Shown here piece by piece: positions 17,701 through 32,550 of a stretch of 50,305 bases of DNA. Position numbers and translations under genes: made by a program. The number at the start of each line of letters is the position of its first letter. The first letter of the stretch is position 1. Source of the stretch: Eledone cirrhosa (taxonomy: Eukaryota). The notes below the pieces were generated by a model, which was not told the origin of the DNA, made no database searches, and was given only the letters and a program-made list of their open reading frames with translations. The stretch spans positions 1-50,305 of the forward strand of contig CAXHJY010001048.1 of assembly GCA_964016885.1 (NCBI GenBank). Direction: 5' to 3'.

Positions 17701-20700
17701 AATATAGATAACGAGAACAACAACAACACCATTGTAGATAACAACAACAACAACAACAATGTAGATTACAACAACAAAAACAACAATGTAGATAACAACA
17801 ACAACAACACCAATGTAGATAACAACAACAACACCAATGTAGATAACAACAACAACACCAATGTAGATAACAACAACAACAACAGCACCAATGCAGATAA
17901 CAACAACAACAACAACAGCACCAATGTAGATAACAACAACAACAGCACCAATGTAGATAACAACAACAACAACAGCACCAATGTAGATAACAAGAACAAC
18001 AACAGCAGCAATGTAGATAACAACAACAACACCAATGTAGATTACAACAACAACAACAACAATGTAGATAACAACAACAACACCAATGTAGATAACAACA
18101 ACAACAACAACAGCACCAATGTAGATAACAACAACAACAGCACCAATGCAGATAACAACAACAACAACAGCACCGATGTAGATAACAACAACAACAACAA
18201 CACCAATGTAGATAAAACAATAATGACAGCACCAATGTAGATAACAACAACAACAACAACAGCACGAATGTAGATAACAACAACAACAACGGCACCAATG
18301 TAGATAACAACAACAACAACAGCACCAATGTAGATAACAACAACAGCAACAGCACCAATGTAGATAACAACAACAACAACAACACCAATGTAGATAACAA
18401 CAACAACAACAGCACCAATGTAGATACTAACAACAACAACAACAACAGCACCAATGTAGATAACAACAGCACCAATGTAGATAACACAACAGCACCAATG
18501 TAGATAACAACAACAACAACAGCACCAATGTAGCAAACAACAACAGCACCAGTGTAGATAACAATAACAACAACAACAGCACCAATGTAGATAACAACAA
18601 GAACAGCACCAATGTAGATAACAACAACAACAACAACAGCACCAATGTAGATAACAACAACAACAACAACAACACCAATGTAGATAACAACAACAACAAC
18701 AGCACCAATGTAGATAACAACAGCACCAATGTAGATAACACAACAGCACCAATGTAGATAACAACAACAACAACAGCACCAATGTAGCAAACAACAACAG
18801 CACCAGTGTAGATAACAATAACAACAACAACAGCACCAATGTAGATAACAACAAGAACAGCACCAATGTAGATAACAACAACAACAACAACAGCACCAAT
18901 GTAGATAACAACAACAACAACAACAACACCAATGTAGATAACAACAACAATAACAGCACCAATGTAGATAACAACAACAACAACAACACCAATGCAGATA
19001 ACAACAACAACAACAGCACCAATGTAGATAACAACAACAACAACAACAGCACCAATGTAGATAACAACAACAACAGCACCAATGTAGATAACAACAACAA
19101 CAACAAAACCAATGTACATAAAAACAACAGCAACAACAGCACCAATGTAGATAACAACAACAACAACAACACCAATGTAGATAACAACAACAACAACACC
19201 AATGTAGATAACAACAACAACAACAACAGCACCGATGTAGATAACAACAACAACAACGGCACCAATGTATATAACAACAACAACAACAACAGCAGCACCG
19301 ATGTAGATAACAACAACAACAACAGCACCAATGTAGATAACAACAACAACAACAACAGCACCAATGTAGATAACAACAACAACAGCACCAATGTAGATAA
19401 CAACAACAACAACAACAACAACAACACCAATGTAGATAACAACAACAACAGCACCAATGTAGATAACGACAACAACAACACCAATGTAAATAACAACAAC
19501 AACAACAACAACAGCACCAATGTAGATAACAACAGCAACAACAGCACCAATGTAGATAACAACAACAACAACAACAGCACCAATGTAGATAACAACAACA
19601 ACAACAGCACCAATGTAGATAACAACAACAACAGCAATAATGTAGATAACAACAACAACAGCACCAATGTAGATAACAACAACAACAGGAACAATATAGA
19701 TAACAACAACAACAACAGCACCAATGAAGATAACAACAACAACAACAACAACAGCACCAATGTAGATAACAACAACAACAGCAACAATGTAGATAACAAC
19801 AACAACAACAACACCAATGTAGATATCAACAACAACAACAGCACCAATGTAGATAACAACAACAACAGCAATAATGTAGATAACAACAACAACAGGAACA
19901 ATATAGATAACAACAACAACAACAACACCAATGTAGATAACAACAACAACAACAGCACCAATGTAGATAACAACAACAACAGCACCAATGTAGATAACAA
20001 CAACAACAGCACCAATGTAGATAACAACAACAACAGCACCAATGTAGATAACAACAACAACAGCACCAATGTAGATAACAACAACAACAGGAACAATATA
20101 GATAACAACAACAACAACAACACCAATGTAGATAACAACAACAACAACAGCACCAATGTAGATAACAACAACAACAGCACCAATGTAGATAACAACAACA
20201 ACAGCACCAATGTAGATAACAACAACAACAGGAACAATATAGATAACAACAACAACAACAACACCAATGTAGATAACAACAACAACAACAGCACCAATGT
20301 AGATAACAACAACAACAGCACCAATGTAGATAACAACAACAACAGGAACAATATAGATAACAACAACAACAACAGCACCAATGAAGATAACAACAACAAC
20401 AACAACAACAGCACCAATGTAGATAACAACAACAACAGCAACAATGTAGATAACAACAACAACAACAACACCAATGTAGATAACAACAACATCAACAGCA
20501 CCAATGTAGATAACAACAACAACAACAACAACAACAACACCAATGTAGATAACAACAACAACAACAGCAATGTAGATAACAACAACAACAACAGCACGAA
20601 TGTAGATTACAACAACAACAACAACAATGTAGATAACAACAACAACACCAATGTAGATAACAACAACAACAACAACACCAATGTAGATAACAAGAACAAC

Positions 20701-23700
20701 AACAGCACCAATGTAGATAACAACAACAACAACACCAATGTAGATTACAACAACAACAACAACAATGTAGATTACAACAACAACACCAATGTAGATAACA
20801 ACAACAACAACAGCACCAATATAGATAACGAGAACAACAACAACACCATTGTAGATAACAACAACAACAACAACAATGTAGATTACAACAACAACAACAA
20901 CAACAGCACCAATGTAGATAACAACAACAACAGCAACAATGTAGATAACAACAACAACAACAACACCAATGTAGATAACAACAACATCAACAGCACCAAT
21001 GTAGATAACAACAACAACAACAACAACAACACCAATGTAGATAACAACAACAACAACAGCAATGTAGATAACAACAACAACAACAGCACCAATGTAGATA
21101 ACAACAACAACAACAGTACCAATGTAGATAACAACAACAACAGCAATAATGTAGATAACAACAACAACAGCACCAATGTAGATAACAACAACAACAGGAA
21201 CAATATAGATAACAACAACAACAACAGCACCAATGAAGATAACAACAACAACAACAACAACAGCACCAATGTAGATAACAACAACAACAGCAACAATGTA
21301 GATAACAACAACAACAACAACACCAATGTAGATAACAACAACATCAACAGCACCAATGTAGATAACAACAACAACAACAACAACAACACCAATGTAGATA
21401 ACAACAACAACAACAGCAATGTAGATAACAACAGCAACAACAGCACCAATGTAGATAACAACAACAACAACAACAGCACCAATGTAGATAACAACAACAA
21501 CAGCACCAATGTAGATAACAACAACAACAGCAATAATGTAGATAACAACAACAACAGCACCAATGTAGATAACAACAACAACAGGAACAATATAGATAAC
21601 AACAACAACAACAGCACCAATGAAGATAACAACAACAACAACAACAACAGCACCAATGTAGATAACAACAACAACAGCAACAATGTAGATAACAACAACA
21701 ACAACAACACCAATGTAGATAACAACAACATCAACAGCACCAATGTAGATAACAACAACAACAACAACAACAACACCAATGTAGATAACAACAACAACAA
21801 CAGCAATGTAGATAACAACAACAACAACAGCACCAATGTAGATTACAACAACAACAACAACAATGTAGATAACAACAACAACACCAATGTAGATAACAAC
21901 AACAACAGCAATAATGTAGATAACAACAACAACAGCACCAATGTAGATAACAACAACAACAGGAACAATATAGATAACAACAACAACAACAACACCAATG
22001 TAGATAACAACAACAACAACAGCACCAATGTAGATAACAACAACAACAGCACCAATGTAGATAACAACAACAACAGCACCAATGTAGATAACAACAACAA
22101 CAGGAACAATATAGATAACAACAACAACAACACCAATGTAGATAACAACAACAACAACAGCACCAATGTAGATAACAACAACAACAGCACCAATGTAGAT
22201 AACAACAACAACAGCACCAATGTAGATAACAACAACAACAGGAACAATATAGATAACAACAACAACAACAACACCAATGTAGATAACAACAACAACAACA
22301 GCACCAATGTAGATAACAACAACAACAGCACCAATGTAGATAACAACAACAACAGGAACAATATAGATAACAACAACAACAACAGCACCAATGAAGATAA
22401 CAACAACAACAACAACAACAGCACCAATGTAGATAACAACAACAACAGCAACAATGTAGATAACAACAACAACAACAACACCAATGTAGATAACAACAAC
22501 ATCAACAGCACCAATGTAGATAACAACAACAACAACAACAACAACAACACCAATGTAGATAACAACAACAACAACAGCAATGTAGATAACAACAACAACA
22601 ACAGCACGAATGTAGATTACAACAACAACAACAACAATGTAGATAACAACAACAACACCAATGTAGATAACAACAACAACAACAACACCAATGTAGATAA
22701 CAAGAACAACAACAGCACCAATGTAGATAACAACAACAACAACACCAATGTAGATTACAACAACAACAACAACAATGTAGATTACAACAACAACACCAAT
22801 GTAGATAACAACAACAACAACAGCACCAATATAGATAACGAGAACAACAACAACACCATTGTAGATAACAACAACAACAACAACAATGTAGATTACAACA
22901 ACAACAACAACAACAGCACCAATGTAGATAACAACAACAACAGCAACAATGTAGATAACAACAACAACAACAACACCAATGTAGATAACAACAACATCAA
23001 CAGCACCAATGTAGATAACAACAACAACAACAACAACAACACCAATGTAGATAACAACAACAACAACAGCAATGTAGATAACAACAACAACAACAGCACC
23101 AATGTAGATAACAACAACAACAACAGTACCAATGTAGATAACAACAACAACAGCAATAATGTAGATAACAACAACAACAGCACCAATGTAGATAACAACA
23201 ACAACAGGAACAATATAGATAACAACAACAACAACAGCACCAATGAAGATAACAACAACAACAACAACAACAGCACCAATGTAGATAACAACAACAACAG
23301 CAACAATGTAGATAACAACAACAACAACAACACCAATGTAGATAACAACAACATCAACAGCACCAATGTAGATAACAACAACAACAACAACAACAACACC
23401 AATGTAGATAACAACAACAACAACAGCAATGTAGATAACAACAGCAACAACAGCACCAATGTAGATAACAACAACAACAACAGCACCAATGTAGATAACA
23501 ACAACAACAGCACCAATGTAGATAACAACAACAACAGCAATAATGTAGATAACAACAACAACAGCACCAATGTAGATAACAACAACAACAGGAACAATAT
23601 AGATAACAACAACAACAACAGCACCAATGAAGATAACAACAACAACAACAACAACAGCACCAATGTAGATAACAACAACAACAGCAACAATGTAGATAAC

Positions 23701-26700
23701 AACAACAACAACAACACCAATGTAGATAACAACAACATCAACAGCACCAATGTAGATAACAACAACAACAACAACAACAACACCAATGTAGATAACAACA
23801 ACAACAACAGCAATGTAGATAACAACAACAACAACAGCACCAATGTAGATTACAACAACAACAACAACAATGTAGATAACAACAACAACACCAATGTAGA
23901 TAACAACAACAACAGCAATAATGTAGATAACAACAACAACAGCACCAATGTAGATAACAACAACAACAGGAACAATATAGATAACAACAACAACAACAGC
24001 ACCAATGAAGATAACAACAACAACAACAACAACAGCACCAATGTAGATAACAACAACAACAGCAACAATGTAGATAACAACAACAACAACAACACCAATG
24101 TAGATAACAACAACATCAACAGCACCAATGTAGATAACAACAACAACAACAACAACACCAATGTAGATAACAACAACAACAACAGCAATGTAGATAACAA
24201 CAACAACAACAGCACCAATGTAGATAACAACAACAACAACAACAGCACCAATGTAGATAACAACAACAACAACAGCACCAATGTAGATAACAACAACAAC
24301 AGCAATAATGTAGATAACAACAACAACAGCACCAATGTAGATAACAACAACAACAGGAACAATATAGATAACAACAACAACAACAACACCAATGAAGATA
24401 ACAACAACAACAACAACAACAGCACCAATGTAGATAACAACAACAACAGCAACAATGTAGATAACAACAACAACAACAACACCAATGTAGATAACAACAA
24501 CATCAACAGCACCAATGTAGATAACAACAACAACAACAACAACACCAATGTAGATAACAACAACAACAACAGCAATGTAGATAACAACAGCAACAACAGC
24601 ACCAATGTAGATAACAACAACAACAACAACAGCACCAATGTAGATAACAACAACAACAACAGCACCAATGTAGATAACAACAACAACAGCAATAATGTAG
24701 ATAACAACAACAACAGCACCAATGTAGATAACAACAACAACAGGAACAATATAGATAACAACAACAACAACAGCACCAATGAAGATAACAACAACAACAA
24801 CAACAACAGCACCAATGTAGATAACAACAACAACAGCAACAATGTAGATAACAACAACAACAACAACACCAATGTAGATAACAACAACATCAACAGCACC
24901 AATGTAGATAACAACAACAACAACAACAACAACACCAATGTAGATAACAACAACAACAACAGCAATGTAGATAACAACAACAACAACAGCACCAATGTAG
25001 ATTCCAACAACAACAACAACAATGTAGATAACAACAACAACACCAATGTAGATAACAACTACAACAACAACACCAATGTAGATAACAAGAACAACAACAG
25101 CACCAATGTAGATAACAACAACAACAACACCAATGTAGATTACAACAACAACAACAACAATGTAGATTACAACAACAACACCAATGTAGATAACAACAAC
25201 AACAACAGCACCAATATAGATAACGAGAACAACAACAACACCATTGTAGATAACAACAACAACAACAACAATGTAGATTACAACAACAAAAACAACAATG
25301 TAGATAACAACAACAACAACACCAATGTAGATAACAACAACAACACCAATGTAGATAACAACAACAACACCAATGTAGATAACAACAACAACAACAGCAC
25401 CAATGCAGATAACAACAACAACAACAACAGCACCAATGTAGATAACAACAACAACAGCACCAATGTAGATAACAACAACAACAACAACAGCACCAATGTA
25501 GATAACAAGAACAACAACAGCAGCAATGTAGATAACAACAACAACACCAATGTAGATTACAACAACAACAACAACAATGTAGATAACAACAACAACACCA
25601 ATGTAGATAACAACAACAACAACAGCACCAATATAGATAACAAGAACAACAACAGCACCAATGTAGATAACAACAACAACAATGTAGATAACAACAACAA
25701 CAACAGTACCAATGTAGATTACAACAACAAAAACAACAATGTAGATAACAACAACAACAACACCAATGTAGATAACAACAACAACACCAATGTAGATAAC
25801 AACAACAACAACAACAGCACCAATGCAGATAACAACAACAACAACAATACCAATGTAGATAACAACAACAACAACACCACCAATGTAGATAACAACAACA
25901 ACAACAGCACCAATGCAGATAACAACAACAACAACAGCACCAATGTAGATAACAACAACAACAGCACCAATGTAGATAACAACAACAACAACAACAGCAC
26001 CAATGTAGATAACAACAACAACAACAACAGCACCAATGTAGATAACAACAACAACAGCACCAATGTAGATAACAACAACAACAACAACAACAACAACACC
26101 AATGTAGATAACAACAACAACAGCACCAATGTAGATAACGACAACAACAACACCAATGTAAATAACAACAACAACAACAACAACAGCACCAATGTAGATA
26201 ACAACAGCAACAACAGCACCAATGTAGATAACAACAACAACAACAACAGCACCAATGTAGATAACAACAACAACAACAGAACCAATGTAGATAACAACAA
26301 CAACAGCAATAATGTAGATAACAACAACAACAGCACCAATGTAGATAACAACAACAACAGGAACAATATAGATAACAACAACAACAACAGCACCAATGAA
26401 GATAACAACAACAACAACAACAACAGCACCAATGTAGATAACAACAACAACAGCAACAATGTAGATAACAACAACAACAACATCACCAATGTAGATAACA
26501 ACAACATCAACAGCACCAATGTAGATAACAACAACAACAACAACAACAACACCAATGTAGATAACAACAACAACAACAGCAATGTAGATAACAACAACAA
26601 CAACAGCACCAATGTAGATTACAACAACAACAACAACAATGTAGATAACAACAACAACACCAATGTAGATAACAACAACAACAACAACACCAATGTAGAT

Positions 26701-29700
26701 AACAAGAACAACAACAGCACCAATGTAGATAACAACAACAACAACACCAATGTAGATTACAACAACAACAACAACAATGTAGATTACAACAACAACACCA
26801 ATGTAGATAACAACAACAACAACAGCACCAATATAGATAACGAGAACAACAACAACACCATTGTAGATAACAACAACAACAACAACAATGTAGATTACAA
26901 CAACAAAAACAACAATGTAGATAACAACAACAACAACACCAATGTAGATAACAACAACAACACCAATGTAGATAACAACAACAACACCAATGTAGATAAC
27001 AACAACAACAACAGCACCAATGCAGATAACAACAACAACAACAACAGCACCAATGTAGATAACAACAACAACAGCACCAATGTAGATAACAACAACAACA
27101 ACAACAGCACCAATGTAGATAACAAGAACAACAACAGCACCAATGTAGATAACAACAACAACACCAATGTAGATTACAACAACAACAACAACAATGTAGA
27201 TAACAACAACAACACCAATGTAGATAACAACAACAACAACAGCACCAATATAGATAACAAGAACAACAACAGCACCAATGTAGATAACAACAACAACAAT
27301 GTAGATAACAACAACAACAACAACAGTACCAATGTAGATAACGACAACAACAACACCAATGTAAATAACAACAACAACAACAACAACAGCACCAATGTAG
27401 ATAACAACAGCAACAACAGCACCAATGTAGATAACAACAACAACAACAACAGCACCAATGTAGATAACAACAACAACAACAGCACCAATGTAGATAACAA
27501 CAACAACAGCAATAATGTAGATAACAACAACAACAGCACCAATGTAGATAACAACAACAACAGGAACAATATAGATAACAACAACAACAACAGCACCAAT
27601 GAAGATAACAACAACAACAACAACAACAGCACCAATGTAGCTAACAACAACAACAGCAACAATGTAGATACCAACAACAACAACAACACCAATGTAGATA
27701 ACAACATCAACAACACCAATGTAGATAACAACATCAACAGCACCAATGTAGCTAACAACAACAACAGCAACAATGTAGATACCAACAACAACAACAACAC
27801 CAATGTAGATAACAACATCAACAGCACCAATATAGATAACAACAACAACAACAGCACCAATGTAGATAACAACAACATCAACAGCACCAATGTAGATAAC
27901 AACAACAACAACAACAACAACACCAATGTAGATAACAACAACAACAACAGCAATGTAGATAACAACAACAACAACAGCACCAATGTAGATTACAACAACA
28001 ACAACAACAATGTAGATAACAACAACAACACCAATGTAGATAACAACAAAAACAACAACACCAATGTAGATAACAAGAACAACAACAGCACCAATGTAGA
28101 TAACAACAACAACAACACCAATGTAGATTACAACAACAACAACAACAATGTAGATTACAACAACAACACCAATGTAGATAACAACAACAACAACAGCACC
28201 AATATAGATAACGAGAACAACAACAACACCATTGTAGATAACAACAACAACAACAACAATGTAGATTACAACAACAAAAACAACAATGTAGATAACAACA
28301 ACAACAACACCAATGTAGATAACAACAACAACACCAATGTAGATAACAACAACAACACCAATGTAGATAACAACAACAACAACAGCACCAATGCAGATAA
28401 CAACAACAACAACAGCACCAATGTAGATAACAACAACAACAGCACCAATGTAGATAACAACAACAACAACAACAGCACCAATGTAGATAACAAGAACAAC
28501 AACAGCACCAATGTAGATAACAACAACAACACCAATGTAGATTACAACAACAACAACAACAATGTAGATAACAACAACAACACCAATGTAGATAACAACA
28601 ACAACAACAGCACCAATATAGATAACAAGAACAACAACAGCACCAATGTAGATAACAACAACAACAATGTAGATAACAACAACAACAACAGTACCAATGT
28701 AGATAACGACAACAACAACACCAATGTAAATAACAACAACAACAACAACAACAGCACCAATGTAGATAACAACAGCAACAACAGCACCAATGTAGATAAC
28801 AACAACAACAACAACAGCACCATTGTAGATAACAACAACAACAACAGCACCAATGTAGATAACAACAACAACAGCAATAATGTAGATAACAACAACAACA
28901 GCACCAATGTAGATAACAACAACAACAGGAACAATATAGATAACAACAACAACAACAGCACCAATGAAGATAACAACAACAACAACAACAACAGCACCAA
29001 TGTAGATAACAACAACAGCAACAATGTAGATAACAACAACAACAACACCAATGTAGATAACAACAACATCAACAGCACCAATGTAGATAACAACAACAAC
29101 AACAACAACAACACCAATGTAGATAACAACAACAACAACAGCAATGTAGATAACAACAACAACAACAGCACCAATGTAGATTACAACAACAACAACAACA
29201 ATGTAGATAACAACAACAACACCAATGTAGATAACAACAACAACAACAACACCAATGTAGATAACAAGAACAACAACAGCACCAATGTAGATAACAACAA
29301 CAACAACACCAATGTAGATTACAACAACAACAACAACAATGTAGATTACAACAACAACACCAATGTAGATAACAACAACAACAACAGCACCAATATAGAT
29401 AACGAGAACAACAACAACACCATTGTAGATAACAACAACAACAACAACAATGTAGATTACAACAACAAAAACAACAATGTAGATAACAACAACAACAACA
29501 CCAATGTAGATAACAACAACAACACCAATGTAGATAACAACAACAACACCAATGTAGATAACAACAACAACAACAGCACCAATGCAGATAACAACAACAA
29601 CAACAACAGCACCAATGTAGATAACAACAACAACAGCACCAATGCAGATAACAACAACAACAACAACAGCACCAATGTAGATAACAAGAACAACAACAGC

Positions 29701-30866
29701 ACCAATGTAGATAACAACAACAACATCAATGTAGATTACAACAACAACAACAACAATGTAGATAACAACAACAACACCAATGTAGATAACAACAACAACA
29801 ACAGCACCAATGTAGATAACAACAACAACAATGTAGATAACAACAACAACAACAGTACCAATGTAGATTACAACAACAAAAACAACAATGTAGATAACAA
29901 CAACAACAACACCAATGTAGATAACAACAACAACAACAACAGCACCAATGCAGATAACAACAACAACAACAATACCAATGTAGATAACAACAACAACAAC
30001 ACCACCAATGTAGATAACAACAACAACAACAGCACCAATGCAGATAACAACAACAACAACAGCACCAATGTAGATAACAACAACAACAGCACCAATGTAG
30101 ATAACAACAACAACAACAACAGCACCAATGTAGATAACAACAACAACAACAACACCAATGTAGATAACAACAACAACAACAGCACCAATGTGGATAACAA
30201 CAACAACAACAACACCAATGTAGATAACAACAACAACAACAACACCAATGTAGATAACAACAACAACAACAGCACCAATGTAGATAACAACAACAACAAC
30301 AACACCAATGTAGATAACAACAACAACAACAGCACCAATGTAGATAACAACAACAACAACAGCACCAATGTAGATAACAACAACAACAACAGCACCAATG
30401 TAGATAACAACAGTAACAACAACAGCACCAATGTAGATAACAACATCAACAACAACAACACCAATGTAGATAACAACAACAACAACAACACCAATGTAGA
30501 TAACAACAACAACAACAACACCAATGTAGATAACAACAACAACAACAACAGCACCAATGTAGATAACAACAACAACAACACCACCAATGTAGATAACAAC
30601 AACAACAACAACACCAATGTAGATAACAACAACAACAACAACACCAATGTAGATAACAACAACAACAGCACCAATGTAGATAACAACAACAACAACAACA
30701 ACAGCACCAATGTAGATAACAACAACAACAACAGCACCAATGTAGATAACAACAACACCACCACCAATGTAGATAACTACAACAACAACAACAGCACCAA
30801 TGTTGATAACAACAACAACACCACCAATGTAGATAACAACAACAATAACAACAGCACCAATGTAGA
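996..30866. repeat. Giant compound minisatellite, unit (AGC/AAC)ACCAATGTAGAT(AAC)n, mostly 27-33 bp, roughly 1000 units, with higher-order repeats
   Basis: Core ACCAATGTAGAT first at 996, last at ~30856-30866; uninterrupted between. Unit count is estimated from length/~30 bp. Confidence 0.99.
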
Positions 30867-30896
30867 AACAGCAACAAATATTATTATAAAATGCTG

Positions 30897-31067
30897 TGGA
30901 TTGGGCGGTGGATTGGGAGAGGGTCGGACGCCATGCTTTGACGTATAGAGTTACGGCCCTTGCCATTCTGAGTTCAAATCCCGCTGAGGTTAACTTTGCC
31001 TTTCATCCTTACCGGGTCGATAAAATAAAGTACCAGTAATGCTGGCCTTGTGCCTAAAGTAGAAAGA
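30897..31067 (+). mobile_element. tRNA-type SINE (family A), internally deleted, with 17 bp target-site duplication
   Basis: B-box-like GTTCAAATCC 30972-30981; body CTTTGCCTTTCATCCTT..GGGTCGATAAAATAAAGTACCAGT; direct repeat ATTATTATAAAATGCTG at 30880-30896 and 31068-31084; homologous to 37898-38113. Confidence 0.88.
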
Positions 31068-31149
31068 ATTATTATAAAATGCTGATGTAGTACTTACTGG
31101 ATGTTGTTGTAGTTGTTGTTTACATATCTCTGGTTTAGGTGATTTATCG

Positions 31150-31825
31150 CCACCAACGCTACCACCATCACCACCACCACCACCCCCATTGCCGCCACCT
31201 ACACCACTACCACCAAGCGCAACACCATGACCACCATCAGTGCCGCCGCCACCACCACCACTACTAACTACAAGCACGACACCACGACTGCCGCCCCCAC
31301 AATCACTACCAACTACAAGCAAAAACACCACGACCACCACCACTGCCGCCGCCCCCACCACTACTAACTACAAGCACAACACCATGACTGCCGCCCCCAC
31401 CATCACTACCAACTACAAGCACAACACCACGACCACCACCACTGCCGCCGCCACCACCACTACTAACTAGAAGCTCAAGACCACGACTACCACTACCACC
31501 ACAGCCGCCCCCACCATCACTACCAGCTACAAGCACAACACCACGACTACCGCCGCCACCACCACTACCATTACCGCCACCACTACCTCTATCACTACCA
31601 CAACCAACAATAACACCACCACCACCGCTATCAATGCGATCACCATCACCACCACCAACAACAACAACAACGCTTCCACCAAGATCATCATCATCACGGC
31701 TATTATCTCCATCTCTACCAATACTACCAGTACCTCTACCACCACCATCATCATCACCAACACCAACATCACAACCATCGTCATTATCACCTCACCTACC
31801 AGCAGCACCACCACCACCACCATCT
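31150..31825. repeat. ACC/CCA low-complexity tract containing a ~99 bp tandem unit (x3)
   Basis: CTACTAACTA(C/G)AAGC recurs at 31261, 31361, 31460; the related ACCAACTACAAGC lies between them. Confidence 0.8.
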
Positions 31826-31857
31826 CTAATGTCGGACCATTGGTTGTTCGTGTCCTT

Positions 31858-31930
31858 TCGAAAGGGTTAACCCTTTTGATTTCACGCTGCCTAAAACCGC
31901 CTCTATTTTTACGAAACAAAACCACACATT
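31858..31930. mobile_element. Possible TTAA-type (piggyBac-like) MITE terminus or head-to-head termini
   Basis: Palindrome TCGAAAGGG-TTAA-CCCTTTTGA 31858-31879; TTAACCCT is the typical piggyBac end. No partner end found. Confidence 0.35.
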
Positions 31931-32233
31931 TTTGAAATAGGAAACAAATCACGTAAACAAAATGGCTGCCACAGGCAAAGAGACAAACAATCAGACAGAC
32001 AGACAACCAAACAAGCAGACGATCATATAGACAAATAGACAAGCAGACATGTAGACAGACAACCAAACAAGCCGACGATCACGTCGACAGACACGCTGTT
32101 TGGTGGACAGATAGATTCGCTGACATTAGAATTATGTAAATTTTAACAAAATGTTGCAAGAAAAATCTTTCAACATAATTTAATATAAGAACCAATTGTT
32201 GAATTATGTTATAAATACCACCACCATAATAGT

Positions 32234-32312
32234 ATCTGAATTTAGCACCAACGATTTAAGGAAAGGGGAAAGTCGATTATATCGACCCAGTGTGTTACTG
32301 GTACTTTATTTC
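32234..32312 (-). mobile_element. 3' fragment of SINE family A
   Basis: Reverse complement AAATAAAGTACCAGTAACACACTGGGTCGATATAATCGACTTTCCCCTTTCCTTAAAT aligns to the 3' half of 37898-38113. Confidence 0.75.
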
Positions 32313-32345
32313 AAAGTTAGACAGATATGTCCAACTTTTCGTCAG
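32309..32345 (-). ncRNA. Hammerhead ribozyme core, truncated after GAAA by a SINE fragment
   Basis: Minus strand CTGACGA, 11 bp stem II AAAGTTGGACA-TATC-TGTCTAACTTT, GAAA; stem III and 3' stem I absent. Confidence 0.6.
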
Positions 32346-32387
32346 GCGGAAAGTTTACAATATTATAACATTCGCCTTCTCTGTAAT

Positions 32388-32424
32388 TCTCTTTGATGAA
32401 GGACTAAAGTCCGATACGTTGAGA
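32388..32424 (+). ncRNA. Degenerate minimal hammerhead motif
   Basis: TTGATGA-A-GGAC-TAAA-GTCC-GATA-CGTT-GAGA; two core substitutions; paralog of 32551-32586. Confidence 0.55.
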
Positions 32425-32550
32425 CATCCTTAAAGCGTGAAATTCATAAGATTTTGTTTCATTGTTTCCCGTGTTTGCCTTAATCTTAAGCTGAACTATA
32501 TATATTAAAGACATTTTTTCCAATTCCAACCCATCTTATTTCTCATTCTT

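Noticed and set aside
996-30866. CRISPR-like array (constant core with variable spacers)
   Set aside because: Spacers are only (AAC)n length variants, the core is 12-15 bp, there are no cas genes and the context is eukaryotic.
996-30866. Stop-codon read-through protein (ITTTTTAPM* or QQQQHQCR* frames)
   Set aside because: A stop in every unit, with no evidence of an alternative genetic code; the LINE and PLE ORFs end at standard stops.
510-30966. Giant minus-strand ORFs (poly L/V/C; up to 4179 aa)
   Set aside because: Antisense translations of the AAC-rich array; all three minus frames are nearly stop-free by composition.
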